From Botryllus schlosseri (Eukaryota), in NCBI GenBank assembly GCA_051294905.1, contig CM119372.1:9984001-10048000 (forward strand): DNA of 64,000 bases. The letters are read 5' to 3'. Shown here piece after piece: positions 36,491 through 49,296 of this stretch. Position 1 is the first letter of the stretch, and each line of letters opens with the position of its first letter. The position numbers and the translations under genes are program-made. The notes below the pieces were generated by a model. That model worked only from the letters and a program-made list of their open reading frames with translations. It was not told the origin of the DNA and made no database searches.

Positions 36491-39400
36491 ATGAACCAAA
36501 GCATGACTCCATTCACTGATTCATCGGTATCGTCAACCATTGCCAATGCAACAGGAGATGTGACGACCATCACGTAAGAAATATATCTATATATCATTTT
36601 TTGAATGAACTATTCAATGTTGAAACTTCACAAAAGGAGATTTATAAGCCTAAACCCCTATGATACGAAAATTAGTTCCTTTGATAAACGTTCGCGTTAC
36701 GACCAATCTAGGCTTCAGTGCATATACTCATATGCAGACATAACACTATTATTACACTATTATCTGCTTTTAGACCGTACGAAAGACCGTTTGGCGAGAC
36801 GGTAACATTGGTGATGGGGTTTATTTTATTTACCTTCATGTTCCTCGGAATTGTTCTCAACGCAATAACTGTTGCTGTGATCGTAAAATACGACAAATTG
36901 AGGTATACGATTCCTATCATGCATATTGATTTCTACAATTGTATCATACCGATACTATTACATTACAGAAATATATTTTCCATTTTTATATTTTCCTTGT
37001 GTCTGTCGGACATGGTTTCAGCATTGATAAGTCCCCTCTACTGGTATCACAGAACTCTTGGATTCGACGAGTGGAATTTACCTCCTTTCTTATGCAAGGT
37101 AAATCAAAAATAATATATTTTACCGATTCTAATTTCATTCGCTATGATACATATCATAACAGGTCTACTGGTCAGCGGATATTATGACGTCTTTTGCAAC
37201 GGCAATGCATATCGTAGCATTCGGAGTATTCCGTTTGATTTCTGTCTCGTGTCCACATATTACGGCAAAGCTCCAAAACAAGGTTGCTGTTGTAAGTGAC
37301 TAAATATTCTTTCCTTTAATCATTCGTATTTGATAACACTTAACAATTGCGATAAGCATCGCCATTTAGTGTTGTGTTCAAAATGAAAATCCGTATTTGC
37401 TTACAATATATTTTATTATTGGGGTGTCAGGATCCTGTCGGCGAAGCAATGCGGGATAAATGTAAAAATGCTTGTAGTAGCCTATTTCTATCAACAGTAG
37501 AGATATGTAGCTACACTAATCCTTCCACGTAAGTAAATGATCCCTCACGATAGCAAATATCAAGCATGGACATGTGCCATATATCAACTGTCGATGGGCA
37601 ATGTTGCGTCCAAACGTACCATAGACAAATTTCTTTCGTGAGAAACACACGATTCCGATTTGAGATTGAGAAGGGCGCTCCTATATTAAAATCGAAAAAT
37701 GAAGCTATGTGGATTAGCGCGGAGTGCGAAGAAAATTTCAAGATTAAGTAAAATCTCTCAAAAATTTGTAAGCAAATTCGTAATTTCAATATGCATGTCG
37801 ACGGCCGCCCACACATACTAATTGAATTAGGTGTCAACGGCCGCACAAATTCCCTTCTACGGCCGCAGGTTGCCCAACCCTGTTCTAATAGTATACATAT
37901 GGTATGTTTTACGGCAAGTTTGAATCCGCATTCCAGTTTTTGAGTCTTTAACATTTCTGACAAATTTACCCAAACTTGTTTGAAAAAAGCTAAAAAACAT
38001 TGAACAGGACATCATTTTATTTCAAGGTAATGTTGCACTGAGACTAATCCTAATGCTGATGGTGACTGCAGAGAGCACGGGGTCGTTCTGCACTGCCGTG
38101 CTAAATTTGATAAGTTTTGTAATTGAATTGATTTAGGATAGCCTAATTGCGGGCGAAACCGGGCAACCGATATTGCACCTAAGTCTGTCTTATGCAGTGC
38201 AGTTCACTAGCTATTAACAACAGGTACCCAGCGCACCGAGCTTTAGGCTACTGCCAAAGCTTTGAAGTAATGAATAACTTACTGATGGGAATTACTCTAA
38301 ATCTTCAAAGAATATCAAAATTTTGCTCAAATGAAGTTTAAATCAGCCACCGTTGAGGGCTACAGCTTGAGTTTGAATTTGGCGAGCTTTCTTTAATATG
38401 AAATAAGTTTCATCTTCAACAATCGTCTTCTTAGAATGTTTGTGAAACACATGTTTAGTCAGAATTCATACAGACTTTGTCCATTTCTCGCCCACCCACC
38501 ACCACCACCACCCTTGAGAGCCTCCCGCGCCCGTCAGGTGGAGAAGCGCTGCTGTAAGTAAAGAATCTGTGACATCGACTACAAATTCCGAGAAGGTAAA
38601 AAAGTACTCATGCAGTTCAGAGGTTTCAGGAGTAATTGCCCGAACGGTAAGCGATAACAAGCGAAAACCCTAATGATGACCCTTTGTATGCAAGTTACAT
38701 GGTGCTCAATAAATACAATTATTATCTCTTTGGTCGCACAACTATATGACTTATGACTCAAAATTCTCCCTGGTATTACAATGACATTTGTTCTGTTCTA
38801 TCAATCGAATGAGTATTTTCATATTATCTGAGTTGCAGTAAAAAACCTTCACATTTCTTACTTTCTTTCGTGTCGTGAATAGATGCAGATCGACGATTGG
38901 ATAACTTTTTATACCGTGACTCAATATCGTATACGTGAAACACTAACATCGTAGTCATCGACAACCTATCTATCAACCATAACATCTAAAATTACAATTC
39001 TTCGTTCGTCTGTGCGCATATGAAATTGTGCATATGTGCGTCATGGCCGAATTTGCAAAACCAAGCATAATGTATATCCAACATAGGTACGTTTCGCTGG
39101 TTTCGTTGGTTTCAGTTATACTGGCCAAATTATCGAGTGTGACTGAAGACCCGCTCAATGTGTGAGAGATTCGGTAACATTAGCAGAGGCCTGTATTTAA
39201 CTAATTTTTTCATTTATTCATTGGTATAAAATTCCATTGATTTAATCTTCAATTTTAATACTACATTACAAAACATTGTTTAAAACACAATTCACTTCAA
39301 TTAAAACCTCAACTATAATACTCAGTAATGATAATACCTGATTATATAGTTTGGCTGTTTCTTAAGCAAGTAGAAAGATGCATCAATTAGATTTTACTCG

Positions 39401-42400
39401 GGCTATATTCTGTGAAACTTGGGTATTGCGGTCGGTGTGTGACAACTATGGCTATCAAGCATTTGTCATGTAGAGTCGTGATAAGTGAATAACCAGGAAC
39501 CGATAGTGGGACATATATTATTGTAGTCCAACTTCATTTAGTAACGTAGAATACATGTTGAGAATCCTTGCTTCCTGCGGCCATGAAAACCTGGAGCTTC
39601 AATCGCCTTCTCTTCGGTGCATTTTCTGTCTGAATTGCTTCTACTTGCATTTGTGACACGGATATGGGACTGCGGGGGACTCTACTCTGACATCGTTTCC
39701 GAATTGTTTTTATTCTTAATCGCAGCTTATCGCCCTACAGATATGGATTGTGAGCTTTGGATGTGGCTTTGTGCCTTATTGGATTTGGTTTGGAGCGCGG
39801 AAAAGAGATCGCTACAGCGACTCACAAGACGCACGATGGCCGGCATGCACCATAAACATGGAATGGTAATTCGCATTACTTCAAACGTATCATAGATAGA
39901 TACGGTTCGTTGCCTTTCGATAACACTGGCATTACGATCAAATCCTCATGTCGTTTCTTTTTTCAATCTAAAGGTCTGCATCTGAAAAAAGGGAAACCTA
40001 ATAAAAATAATCAATTGCCAATATGGAAATACATGAGACTATGTAACATGTTTTTTTCCTTGGGAATTAATTGTTAAAATACAAATTCTAAATCACAAAT
40101 TACACTCGCGCTGGCATTATACCTTCGAAATCAGCATTATTTCCTATAATATTAAAGTCAGCATACCTTATGGGACTCTTCTGTTGATTAACAGGTACGG
40201 ACAGTACACGATGTTCCAGAAGATCGGGTTTTCTCTGTTCCTCTATATACCGTTGATCCTTGTCCTATTTATATCTGTTCTTACTTGCCGTCGGGTGTAT
40301 GCTACTACCCACGCCTCCATCACACCAGTAACAAGTAAAAAGCTGCAAAAAGAAAAACAAGCCGTACTTCAACTGACTCTCATCGTAGTGTCGTTTATGA
40401 TGGGATATCTCCCGTTTACAGGTATATATGTCAAATTTATTGAGTTTTTATATGTATATAAGAACTGCCCTGAAAATATTAGAATCAATAAGAACAGACA
40501 AACGACAACAAAAGCTTACTGCAGCAGTCCTGGAATCAAGTCTTCAAATCCCATATAATTTCGAATCACTGCAAATTTTGACTCTAGTCAAGTCAAGTCA
40601 TTTCAAAAACTCTAAAGTCAAGTCACGAGTCAATTACCGCAGATTTTTTGAAAGCAACTCGACTCAAATTAAGTAATCTCGAAGGTTTCGGTTTCGAGTC
40701 AGTGTCAAATCATGAAATATGTTCAGTTTCTGTCGTTCGATTTAAATGTGTGGATGCCTGTGCAGTGTGCATAGTTGCATATACGATATGACATATCGAA
40801 CTAGTAAAACTTGGCCCATTGCCATTTCCAAACCACCAAAACGATATGAGGAGCCGCAGTTATTTATGTAAATTGAAGTCCATGCCAGTCGAATCACGAT
40901 TTTCTGATGACTCGACTTGACTTGACTTTGTATTGACTCGACTTGGACTCGAGTCATTGCGGATGACTCGAACCAAGTCATATGACTCGAGACTCAGACA
41001 GCCAAGAAAGACATTTCATTGTAATTTGGAAGAGTAGCATTTCGTCTATTGGTACTGGTAAATGAAAATGAGACCAGAAACTGCTAAAAGTGAGGAAAAT
41101 TAGTATATTATAAATGCGAACCATTTGATGTCACCAAACAGACTTGTAAAAAGTGGGTTTAATAACACTTTAACTGGAAACTGAGCAGTCAACATAATGA
41201 CTTGGACTCGGACTCGATTCATAATACCATGACTCGGACTCGGACTTGACTCGGAGGTGAATTGAAAATGACTCGACGTGATTCGAGCTCGGAGCCTTTT
41301 GACTTGGTTACAACCCTGGTCCATGCTACCCATAAGGCATGCTCCATTCAAAATATTATCGGAGTAAATGACGTTTATTGACTGAAATGCTGCACGAATG
41401 CTATAAAGCAGTGATTCCCGACCGTGACTCTCAGAGCTGCATGCGGCTCCAAGGTAGCCTTCTTCCGGCTCTGATTGACCTCTAAATATGCCACAGTATA
41501 TAATAGACGACAGTTGTTGTTTGTTCCTATAAATAGGTACAGTCAATATCCATATATGAATGCTAAAATGAGGGATATCAGCTATGTTTAAAGCCGTCCA
41601 GATTTCGCGTCATTTAGCGTTGCCTGTCCATTGACCTGGCTGTCAAAGCTATGAAGGAGAACGAATTGCCAGAAAGGAGGACATTTGGGCGTCCTGGGAG
41701 GCCATTTTCGATTTCCTGAAAAAGCAAAACAAATCCTCCTAAAGGAGGGCGTATGGTAACCCTAGGTAATAAGATTATAACGACCGACAATGCTATTATG
41801 ACGACGGTTAAGGGCGTGCCGAAGATTTTGTGCCTGTGATGTTGTTGCTGGTGGAGCTAACCAAATCACAAACGTAAACTGAAATACGATGCAGTTAATA
41901 AAGGACTAGGATTGATTGCGTGGCCTTACCAAGTAGAATATTCGGTGGATTGAAAATCGAGAAATCGTCACACCATATTTTTCATATGTCAAGTCCGAAT
42001 CAAGTCATGGCAGTGACTCGAGTCATCCCAACACTGTATTGCAGAAGTGTGAGTCTAGACGTCTCCTTTTTCACTTCTTCATTAATATCGACCAACAATC
42101 AATATAGTTCCGATCTGCATTTACGTTGTTTGTATGTCGGCCATCTGGTTCATGAACCAGGGCCACTCTTTAATTCATTTCATTAATTTATTTCTTTGTC
42201 AGACTGCTAGCCTTGTCCTGCCGACGCAGATTACATTGAAATCATCCAACTTCGATAACGACTGTACTGAAACTATATAATCAGGTCACATTTGCCATCT
42301 AATGTACATGCGATATCTGAACTAGATACGATAATGTTTTCGCAACATTTATGCTTGCGCGGCTGGTCATTGCAATTGGAGAGCAAGCATTGAGTATTAA

Positions 42401-43112
42401 TACAATGTAATTGCGAACGTAGCGTTACCCTGTAGCAGTGGTTCTCAACCGGGCTACTGCGACACTCTGGGATGCCGATTGCGGCATGGTATCTGCGACA
42501 AAATGAGTAAAAAATAGAAATTAGGAGCATCCAAATTTTGAGTAGCATTTGGGAAGCTGATGACTGAAAATGGTCACCGGCAATGAGTAATTGATATTAC
42601 CGAAAGTGATAATTTTTTTTCTTGTTGCCAACATCAGAATATGCGGCTTAACAGAGATATGACATAGGTTGATGACCTTGTTTTAATTCATCAGCATCCC
42701 AAACATGAACTTAAGCTAGCCTACTTGAAGCGCTAGGGTGCTGCAAGCTTTTTTCACCTTTCAGAAAGTGCCGCGAGGTCAAAAAGGTTGAGAGCCTCTG
42801 CGGTGTAGTCAACGATGATTAGTGTACATTGTACAGCGTATATAAATGTGTTTTTCAGCATATGAGTTCTGGTCGGTGCAAGATCATGGAAATTCACAAT
42901 ATTATCGCCTAACTGACTACTACTTCGGTGTAACTGAGTATATTCTTCTGCGTCTATCCGAATGCATGAATCCTATCTTCTACAATCTTGGTTCTTCAAA
43001 GATGAGGAGTCACACCGTTCATTTCATTCGGGAACTGTTCAAACTGAAGTCGAACGCGAACCGATCATCTCCATCCACCCCTAGTCACGAAACAGGCGAT
43101 AACAATTTATGA
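36491..43112 (+). CDS. Class A orphan GPCR, paralog 2; 7 coding exons, 363 aa
   Basis: Exons 36491-36573, 36774-36902, 36969-37098, 37163-37291, 39726-39865, 40195-40421, 42859-43112; exon lengths (83,129,130,129,140,227,254) identical to paralog 1, GT..AG introns, open frame ending NPIFY...GDNNL*. Confidence 0.93.
40525..41318. mobile_element. hAT-type MITE with GAGTC/GACTC subterminal repeats (paralog 2 intron 6)
   Basis: Dense AAGTC/GACTC/GACTT arrays, right end GGTTACAACCCTG; left boundary approximate. Confidence 0.55.
42436..42800. mobile_element. hAT Charlie-like MITE
   Basis: Ends CAGTGGTTCTCAACC / GGTTGAGAGCCTCTG, TSD CCCTGTAG/CGGTGTAG. Confidence 0.75.
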
Positions 43113-43232
43113 TGCGTATGTCATATTGCCGTCTTTAGTATTATCAGAGCGTTATTTATAGAACACACATGCGCGAACCACAAAAATGCCCTTCCAGCTG
43201 AGAAGCCGACTTACTAATTTATTGTAATGTAT

Positions 43233-44298
43233 TGGGATTACCATATTTTTGTGGCTCAAATTCTGGACTCTCTTTAGCGCCTACTAGCGGGTTTGAAAAT
43301 GAGGTGTGAATGCATTGTCCAGTAATATGACGTCACACTAGCAAAGCTTGGCCTGTCGACCAGAGGTGCTCACATTCCGGTTCAGGTGCCGGAGTTTGTG
43401 GTTGCATGTTGTAACCAGGATAAAAGCAATATTTTTCAGCCCCTCCGACGTAGATATACCGGTAAACACTGATCTTGGACCCTTCACAGTCCGAAAATCC
43501 ATGCCAATTCTTATAATATACATCTGGTTTCTATATGCACCTGGTAGTTAAGTTTTGTGAATTAGTTCTGTCTATAATATTGGTTCTTCATATGGTACTA
43601 TAAAATTTTGATCGGTAGAGCGATAGAGCCGGTCGAGGATTATGACTTCGAAAATGCAGGGAGCGTAATTGTACATCGTTAAGTCATGTTCATATCTTAC
43701 GGATAAACCAAGGCCGGTCCCCGCCAGCAGGTGGCACATCCGGCGGTTCCCGACCTTCTATTAAAATGTTCCGTGGCCGAGCTCAAAATTTGATAAGATG
43801 ATTACTAAAAAAAGGTCAGCACCTTTGTCCAGACTTACTCATGGCCTATTTTGGAGGGTGGCTACGTTCAACATCTTCGCGATCCCCAGTATAAAGACAA
43901 ACAACCCCAAGGATTATAACCACTATCTTTGACTAAAGCATCCAATAAAACGGTTTTAACCGACTCTAGGAATATAGTGTTCACTCATAATTTCGATTAC
44001 AATTAGACTTATTACAGTAAATGATGGTTATTCTTCTATTTTGCGTGGGTGGCTGTCCCCATATTAAAATCAATATACGTAATGCTAAATCGCGCGCAGC
44101 ACGAATAAAAAATTGAAGTGGCCTAAATCTGCCCAAAAAATAATAGTGTTTATGTTAATTTACGAAACATGATCGAGCCTACTTCAAGCCTTCAAAATTC
44201 AGGACATTTAGGCATATTTTGAAATTTCCTCTCGAATGCAGTTTAAATACTGAAATTCTGGATATGTCCGGAAAAATCCGGACGTTTTGGAAACCCTA
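43233..44298. mobile_element. Blackjack-like non-autonomous element; inverted relative at approx. 48095-49281
   Basis: Ends TGGGATTACCATA / TGGAAACCCTA; 43233-43310 is the reverse complement of 49203-49281, and 44040-44290 resembles 48100-48400 inverted. Confidence 0.6.
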
Positions 44299-44437
44299 TT
44301 GCATCCGTTCTGTCGTTGATCTGTCTATTGTCTGGAGAGGATGGCTATAATATATCCTCCATGAACCGCTACAGTTATCTTGCAACAAACGAAGAACACA
44401 ATATCAAAGAAATGCACTTCCAGCCAGCAGACTAGAC

Positions 44438-44928
44438 CAGTGGCTCCCAACCTTTTTCGACTCATCGATATCGCCCACGATGCAGAGATGAGCATGGATT
44501 AGGATTAGGTTTTGAAAAAACAGGAATTGTGAAATTTTGTCGGATTTGGATTGGATATGGATTAGACATTTTTTTCAGAACGGATTAGGATTTGGATTGG
44601 ATTTATGTAATTTCTGGGAAATTGAAATGTCGTGCAGCGAATGGCGACAAACTCTATTCAGATCAGTTATTAATGTACTTATGGTTACGAGGTTATCTTG
44701 AATCAAGTGAATCGTTGGTTGTGAAAGGAAATTTTCGAATCCCTCCATTGCATAAATTAGTTTTTTTTTCTGAATTTTCAGTTGGAATCGGATTAGGATT
44801 GGACATGGACTTGAATATGGGAAAGTTATGGATTAGGATTTGGATTTGGATTTGAAGGTTCGGATTTGGATTGGATTAGGACATATAAATTTCAAATCCG
44901 CTCATCTCTGCCACGATGGGAACCACTG
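44438..44928. mobile_element. Tiny hAT MITE (TSD GACTAGAC) carrying a nested MITE 44483-44910 (TSD CCACGATG)
   Basis: Both 8-bp TSDs perfect; inner TIR CAGAGATGAGC / GCTCATCTCTG with GGATTA/GGATTT repeats. Confidence 0.88.
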
Positions 44929-45198
44929 GACTAGACAAAAGACATATTCAAATGAATCGCATTCCACTGTACGCATGACTGACCTTGGCAATCGTTGATG
45001 TGGATTCATAATGACCCGACAGCAGGGCAGTTACACATCAGCCGCATATTTTCTCATGTGAAATATTTAAAGTGCTTCTTGGAGGTACAGAACTGCAATA
45101 TATTATTGAATAGTATATTCATATGCAATGTGAGATCGCTTATCCCGCGTCATTCGGGAGAAATGCAGCCGCAAATAATATTACCTTCGTCTCATATA

Positions 45199-45592
45199 TA
45201 GGGTTGCATTTAAAACAAAAAACAATTTAAAATAAACATGTTTGAAACAAAGCCCTGATGTAAAACATGCTTTTCATTGTTTTTTTGTGTGTGATTTCTT
45301 TTAAAGCATGACGTCAACAATATGGAATTGTGAGGTCATAGTGGATTGACATTGACAATTGAAAATATATGGTAAATATAGCTCCTGTGACGAAATATCT
45401 GCACTATTAATGTTGAGCCGACTATTGAGAGTTCCAATCATCCCACATCGATATACGTCGGCTATATCGGTTGGTAATTGTCCGTGAGCTCATACAACAT
45501 GCATTTTGAAAAGTAGTTTCATGATTATGACATAGCTTTATAACTACAATAAAACACTTTTTTTAAACACCGTTTTTTTAAATGCAACCCTA
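45199..45592. mobile_element. hAT MITE
   Basis: TIR TAGGGTTGCATTTAAAA / TTTTAAATGCAACCCTA, TSD CTCATATA/CTTATACA; partial relative from approx. 45844. Confidence 0.8.
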
Positions 45593-46345
45593 CTTATACA
45601 TATATACTAAAGTGAGTTTGTTAAAAGTGGTACAACATATCTCAAGGATCTAGCATTTTCCCTATCGCAATGCAGCAGGATATATCCCTGTCGCAAAGGT
45701 TCGGTATTTTCCAAGTTAAACCTTTCCTAATAGACAGATGTCGGCAACAATCTTTTTGTGATTCGTTCTAAAGTACAATCTGTAGTCTACATGTAGACCG
45801 CATGTACATGCACGATGCAGCTCAGACAGGTAACAGTCGCAACTAGGGTTGTATTTGAAACAAATGGTGTTTTAAAAGACTTTTCTTTAAACATGTTTCA
45901 ATCAGTGTTTTAAAAAATGCTTTTTCAAAATTTGTATAATTATGTCACAATGCTGTGAATATTTTCGAAAACAGCATGAAATAGGGACGATTAACACCCG
46001 ATATAGTCGACGTATACAATATGTAATGGTTAGCTTGGAACCCTCGGAATCGTCGTCGGTTCAACGATTATAGCACATAGGCCTATACATAGATAAGTGA
46101 TTCCCAAAGTGGGCGCCAGCGCCCCCTGGGAGCGTTCGCAAGCGTGGAGGGTGCGCTGGCCATCAAATGTGCGGTTGGGCACTTATTTAAAATTGGGTGG
46201 TAAGGGGGCACTGAGAGCAAATGGGGGCGATATAGGTTTAGTAGGCAACTGCTGTATATAGTATTGGAACGATTGATGAATAAAGCAACTAAATACGCAG
46301 TAAAAATGCAAAATCTATTAAGTTAAGGCAATATAGGGTCATCGG

Positions 46346-47696
46346 CAGGCCGTGTTATTTTTGGCATTTTAGAAGCCAGATGCCAAAACTGCCAAAAATA
46401 AAAATTTGAAAATGCCAAAAATAAGCAATTTTTGGCATATACCAAAAATAACACGGCCTGCCAAATAGTGTATTTCGTTCATGGTGTTGTGTTAACAGGA
46501 CCACGTTACAAGCGAGAAGAGCGTGTGTGAAAGGCAGGTTTCTTAATCTGGGTCCAGCCCACCCATTAGGGTTGAAAGCACGGTGTCCTAGATGGTGTGG
46601 GCACAGCTTGATTGAACGGCTGACTGCATTTGGTTTGCGTCATACTTTCCATTTGTCCAAAGTCAATTTTACGACCATTTTTGACCGGCTTGCCGAGCGC
46701 TAAATTTGATAAAACGGGTATTAATGAGATGCTGCCGCTGTACTGATTATCAAAATATAAATTATATTCTGCTCATGGAACTGGAACCCCCAAAATCAAC
46801 CACGATTTTTGCATTGTGATCGAGTTGAACATTGTGACACAACAAACTGTCTGACTCTTTCTGAGCTGCATATTCTCGTTTTGCTAGACAGTCTTGTTGC
46901 GTCAATGTTCTTAAACAAGCTAACCTTCCCAGGACTCTTCCATGCGAGTTGGTAATATTAAAGCCACCTGAAGTGACAAAAGTCCACAGAAAATATCTCG
47001 GTAGACTGAAGGTGATGGGATAGTCGGGCTACTAAATAGAATGTGTTGAAAGACAACACAGGAAACTCCTGGAAAAGTATCGGGAAGAAAATTCTTTCCG
47101 CGATGAGATCGATGGCACTGGCGAAGTGATCTCTTTTCATGATGCATGGAAGCCGGTTTGGCCCTCCAAATATTTTGAAGCTCTGAAAACCTTTTGTGGA
47201 TGACTGGCAACATTCTTTCCCTCAACGGCTACTGTTGAAGCCGATATTTCCCAGATTAGCTGGGCGAGAACTGAATTTAGGAGAAACTTAGCTGACCTGA
47301 GTTTGGAAGCACTGTTACAGTGCAAATGATTCAAGTCTATTCAACAGCTGTAACAATCAGGTGTTGAACGTGTTTGTTAGGCTTTTTTTTTTGCTTATTG
47401 GCACCGATTCCGATGGATACTGCACATTTTGTGGTTTCGTTTGATATTATTAACCTATGAAATCGTTAGGTTTTTTCTTCATTCTTATTGTTTGTTGGCA
47501 CTGATTATACGTGGATGCTACACATTTGTGGTTTCTATTGACAAACTGGCCCAAATAAAGCGTTTTTGTGACTAATTCGAGTCTGAAACTATCTCTTTAG
47601 AGGACGATGCCAAAACTGCCAAAATTAAAAATCGAAAAATGCCAAAAATAAGTTATTTTGGGCAGTTTTGGCATATGCCAAAAATAACACGGCCTG
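46346..47696 (+). mobile_element. 1.35-kb non-autonomous hAT element, copy 1, with transposase C-terminal relic
   Basis: TIR CAGGCCGTGTTATTTTTGGCAT, perfect TSD GTCATCGG; 46922-47353 reads, with stops, LPCELV..FCG*LATFFPSTATVEADISQISW..RRNLADLSLEALLQCK. Confidence 0.9.
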
Positions 47697-49296
47697 GTCA
47701 TCGGTCTATTTAATCAGCTGTACCGGAAAAGTCCATCGTTACTTAACAATGATGATCCTGCCCATCAATGGATTAATTTAGCAGTCGGGAGAATCACTAG
47801 AAAGATTAGTTCACTGTGTTCTGTGAGAACTACGAAGTATTTGAGCAGTTATTGCTCACTGCAAGGCGTGATGGCATTTTAAGAGAAACTGTCTTCCGAT
47901 ATTTAATCTTTGTTTCAAACGATCGCGGATTCTCCGCAGTGCTGCGACCGCAGCCTTCGGCACGGTGCTCTCGTGTTAAAACTGTCGATTCTAATATAGT
48001 CGTTTCCCCTGTAATCTGAGCTACATAGTACCGATGCGAACAGCAGAGGAAAATGATGCTCTCCATAAAGAAATACCAATTATTAATCGTGTTCACACTG
48101 ACGGAATTGCCCGGACATGCCTGGAATTTTACTATTTAAACTGCGTCCGGGAGGAAAAGCAGAAATCTACTAAACTGTCCGGAATTTTAAAGACTTGAAA
48201 GATACTGAAATTTTTTACGTAAATCAACATGATAATATATTATTCCGGGGCAGATTTATGCAACTTGAAATTGTTCTTTGCGCTACGCGTGATTTAGTGT
48301 CACGTATATCGATATTAATGTATGTACCCCTGTCTCGCAAAAACTACAAAGAAAATAAATTAAAATAACTATCACTTACTGTAATAATACTAATTGTAAT
48401 CGCAATTGTCGGAGAACCGTATATTCCTAGGTCGTATGCCCTTTTCTGGGGATCGCGAAGATGTTGAACTTAATCAGCTTCCAACATAAGCCGTGAGTAA
48501 GTTTGGGCAAAGGGGCTTACCATGTTTTTAAACTTGGCTCTCCCAATTTTGAGGTGGGCCACGGAACATTTTCAAATGAGAAATGGAGTCGCGACCATAA
48601 AAGGTTGGAAACCACGGGATATGCAACCTGCTGGTGCGTACTAGCATTTTGGCTCATAAATAGTCTTATCTGTGTGACATGAACAAGACAACGATGTAGA
48701 ATTTCGTTCCCAGCATTTTCAACGTCATCATCTCCACCAGCTCGAACGGTTACTTTGATCACGTGGGCTGAGATGATAAAATATTATTGTGATATATGAA
48801 AGAACCCATATTATTGACAGAACTCGTTCGCAAAATTTAACAACCAGATACGTATAGGAAGCCCACCAGAAGTTGCCTCGTTCACCCTATGGTGGTGCTT
48901 CAGACTAATACTTTTGGGGGCGGTAGTTGGCTTAAAAGTGTTGTTTCGGTCCTAGCAACAACACTCAACAACATATCTGCACCGACGAAACAGTATAGCA
49001 GAGCAGTCGAACACACCGCCGGCGGGCCAGACAATTTTATCCATCACGCGAAAAAGCATGTTTCAGACCGCATGACAGTACCGACCCTAGTAATCACCAG
49101 AACTCACATTAGAGATAGCTCAATAGCCTATTTAATTCACGGCCTATTTTAAAAAATCCAATCCCGAATACAATCGATAGATAAAGCATTAAAGTCATAT
49201 GTGTTCATACCTCATTTTAAAGCCCGCTAGAAGGCGCTAGGGAGTGTCCAGAATTTGGTCCACGGAAATATGGTAACCTTACGCTAGAGTGATAGC

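Noticed and set aside
44490..44885. Interstitial telomere array
   Set aside because: Hexamers are subterminal repeats within a TIR/TSD-bounded MITE.
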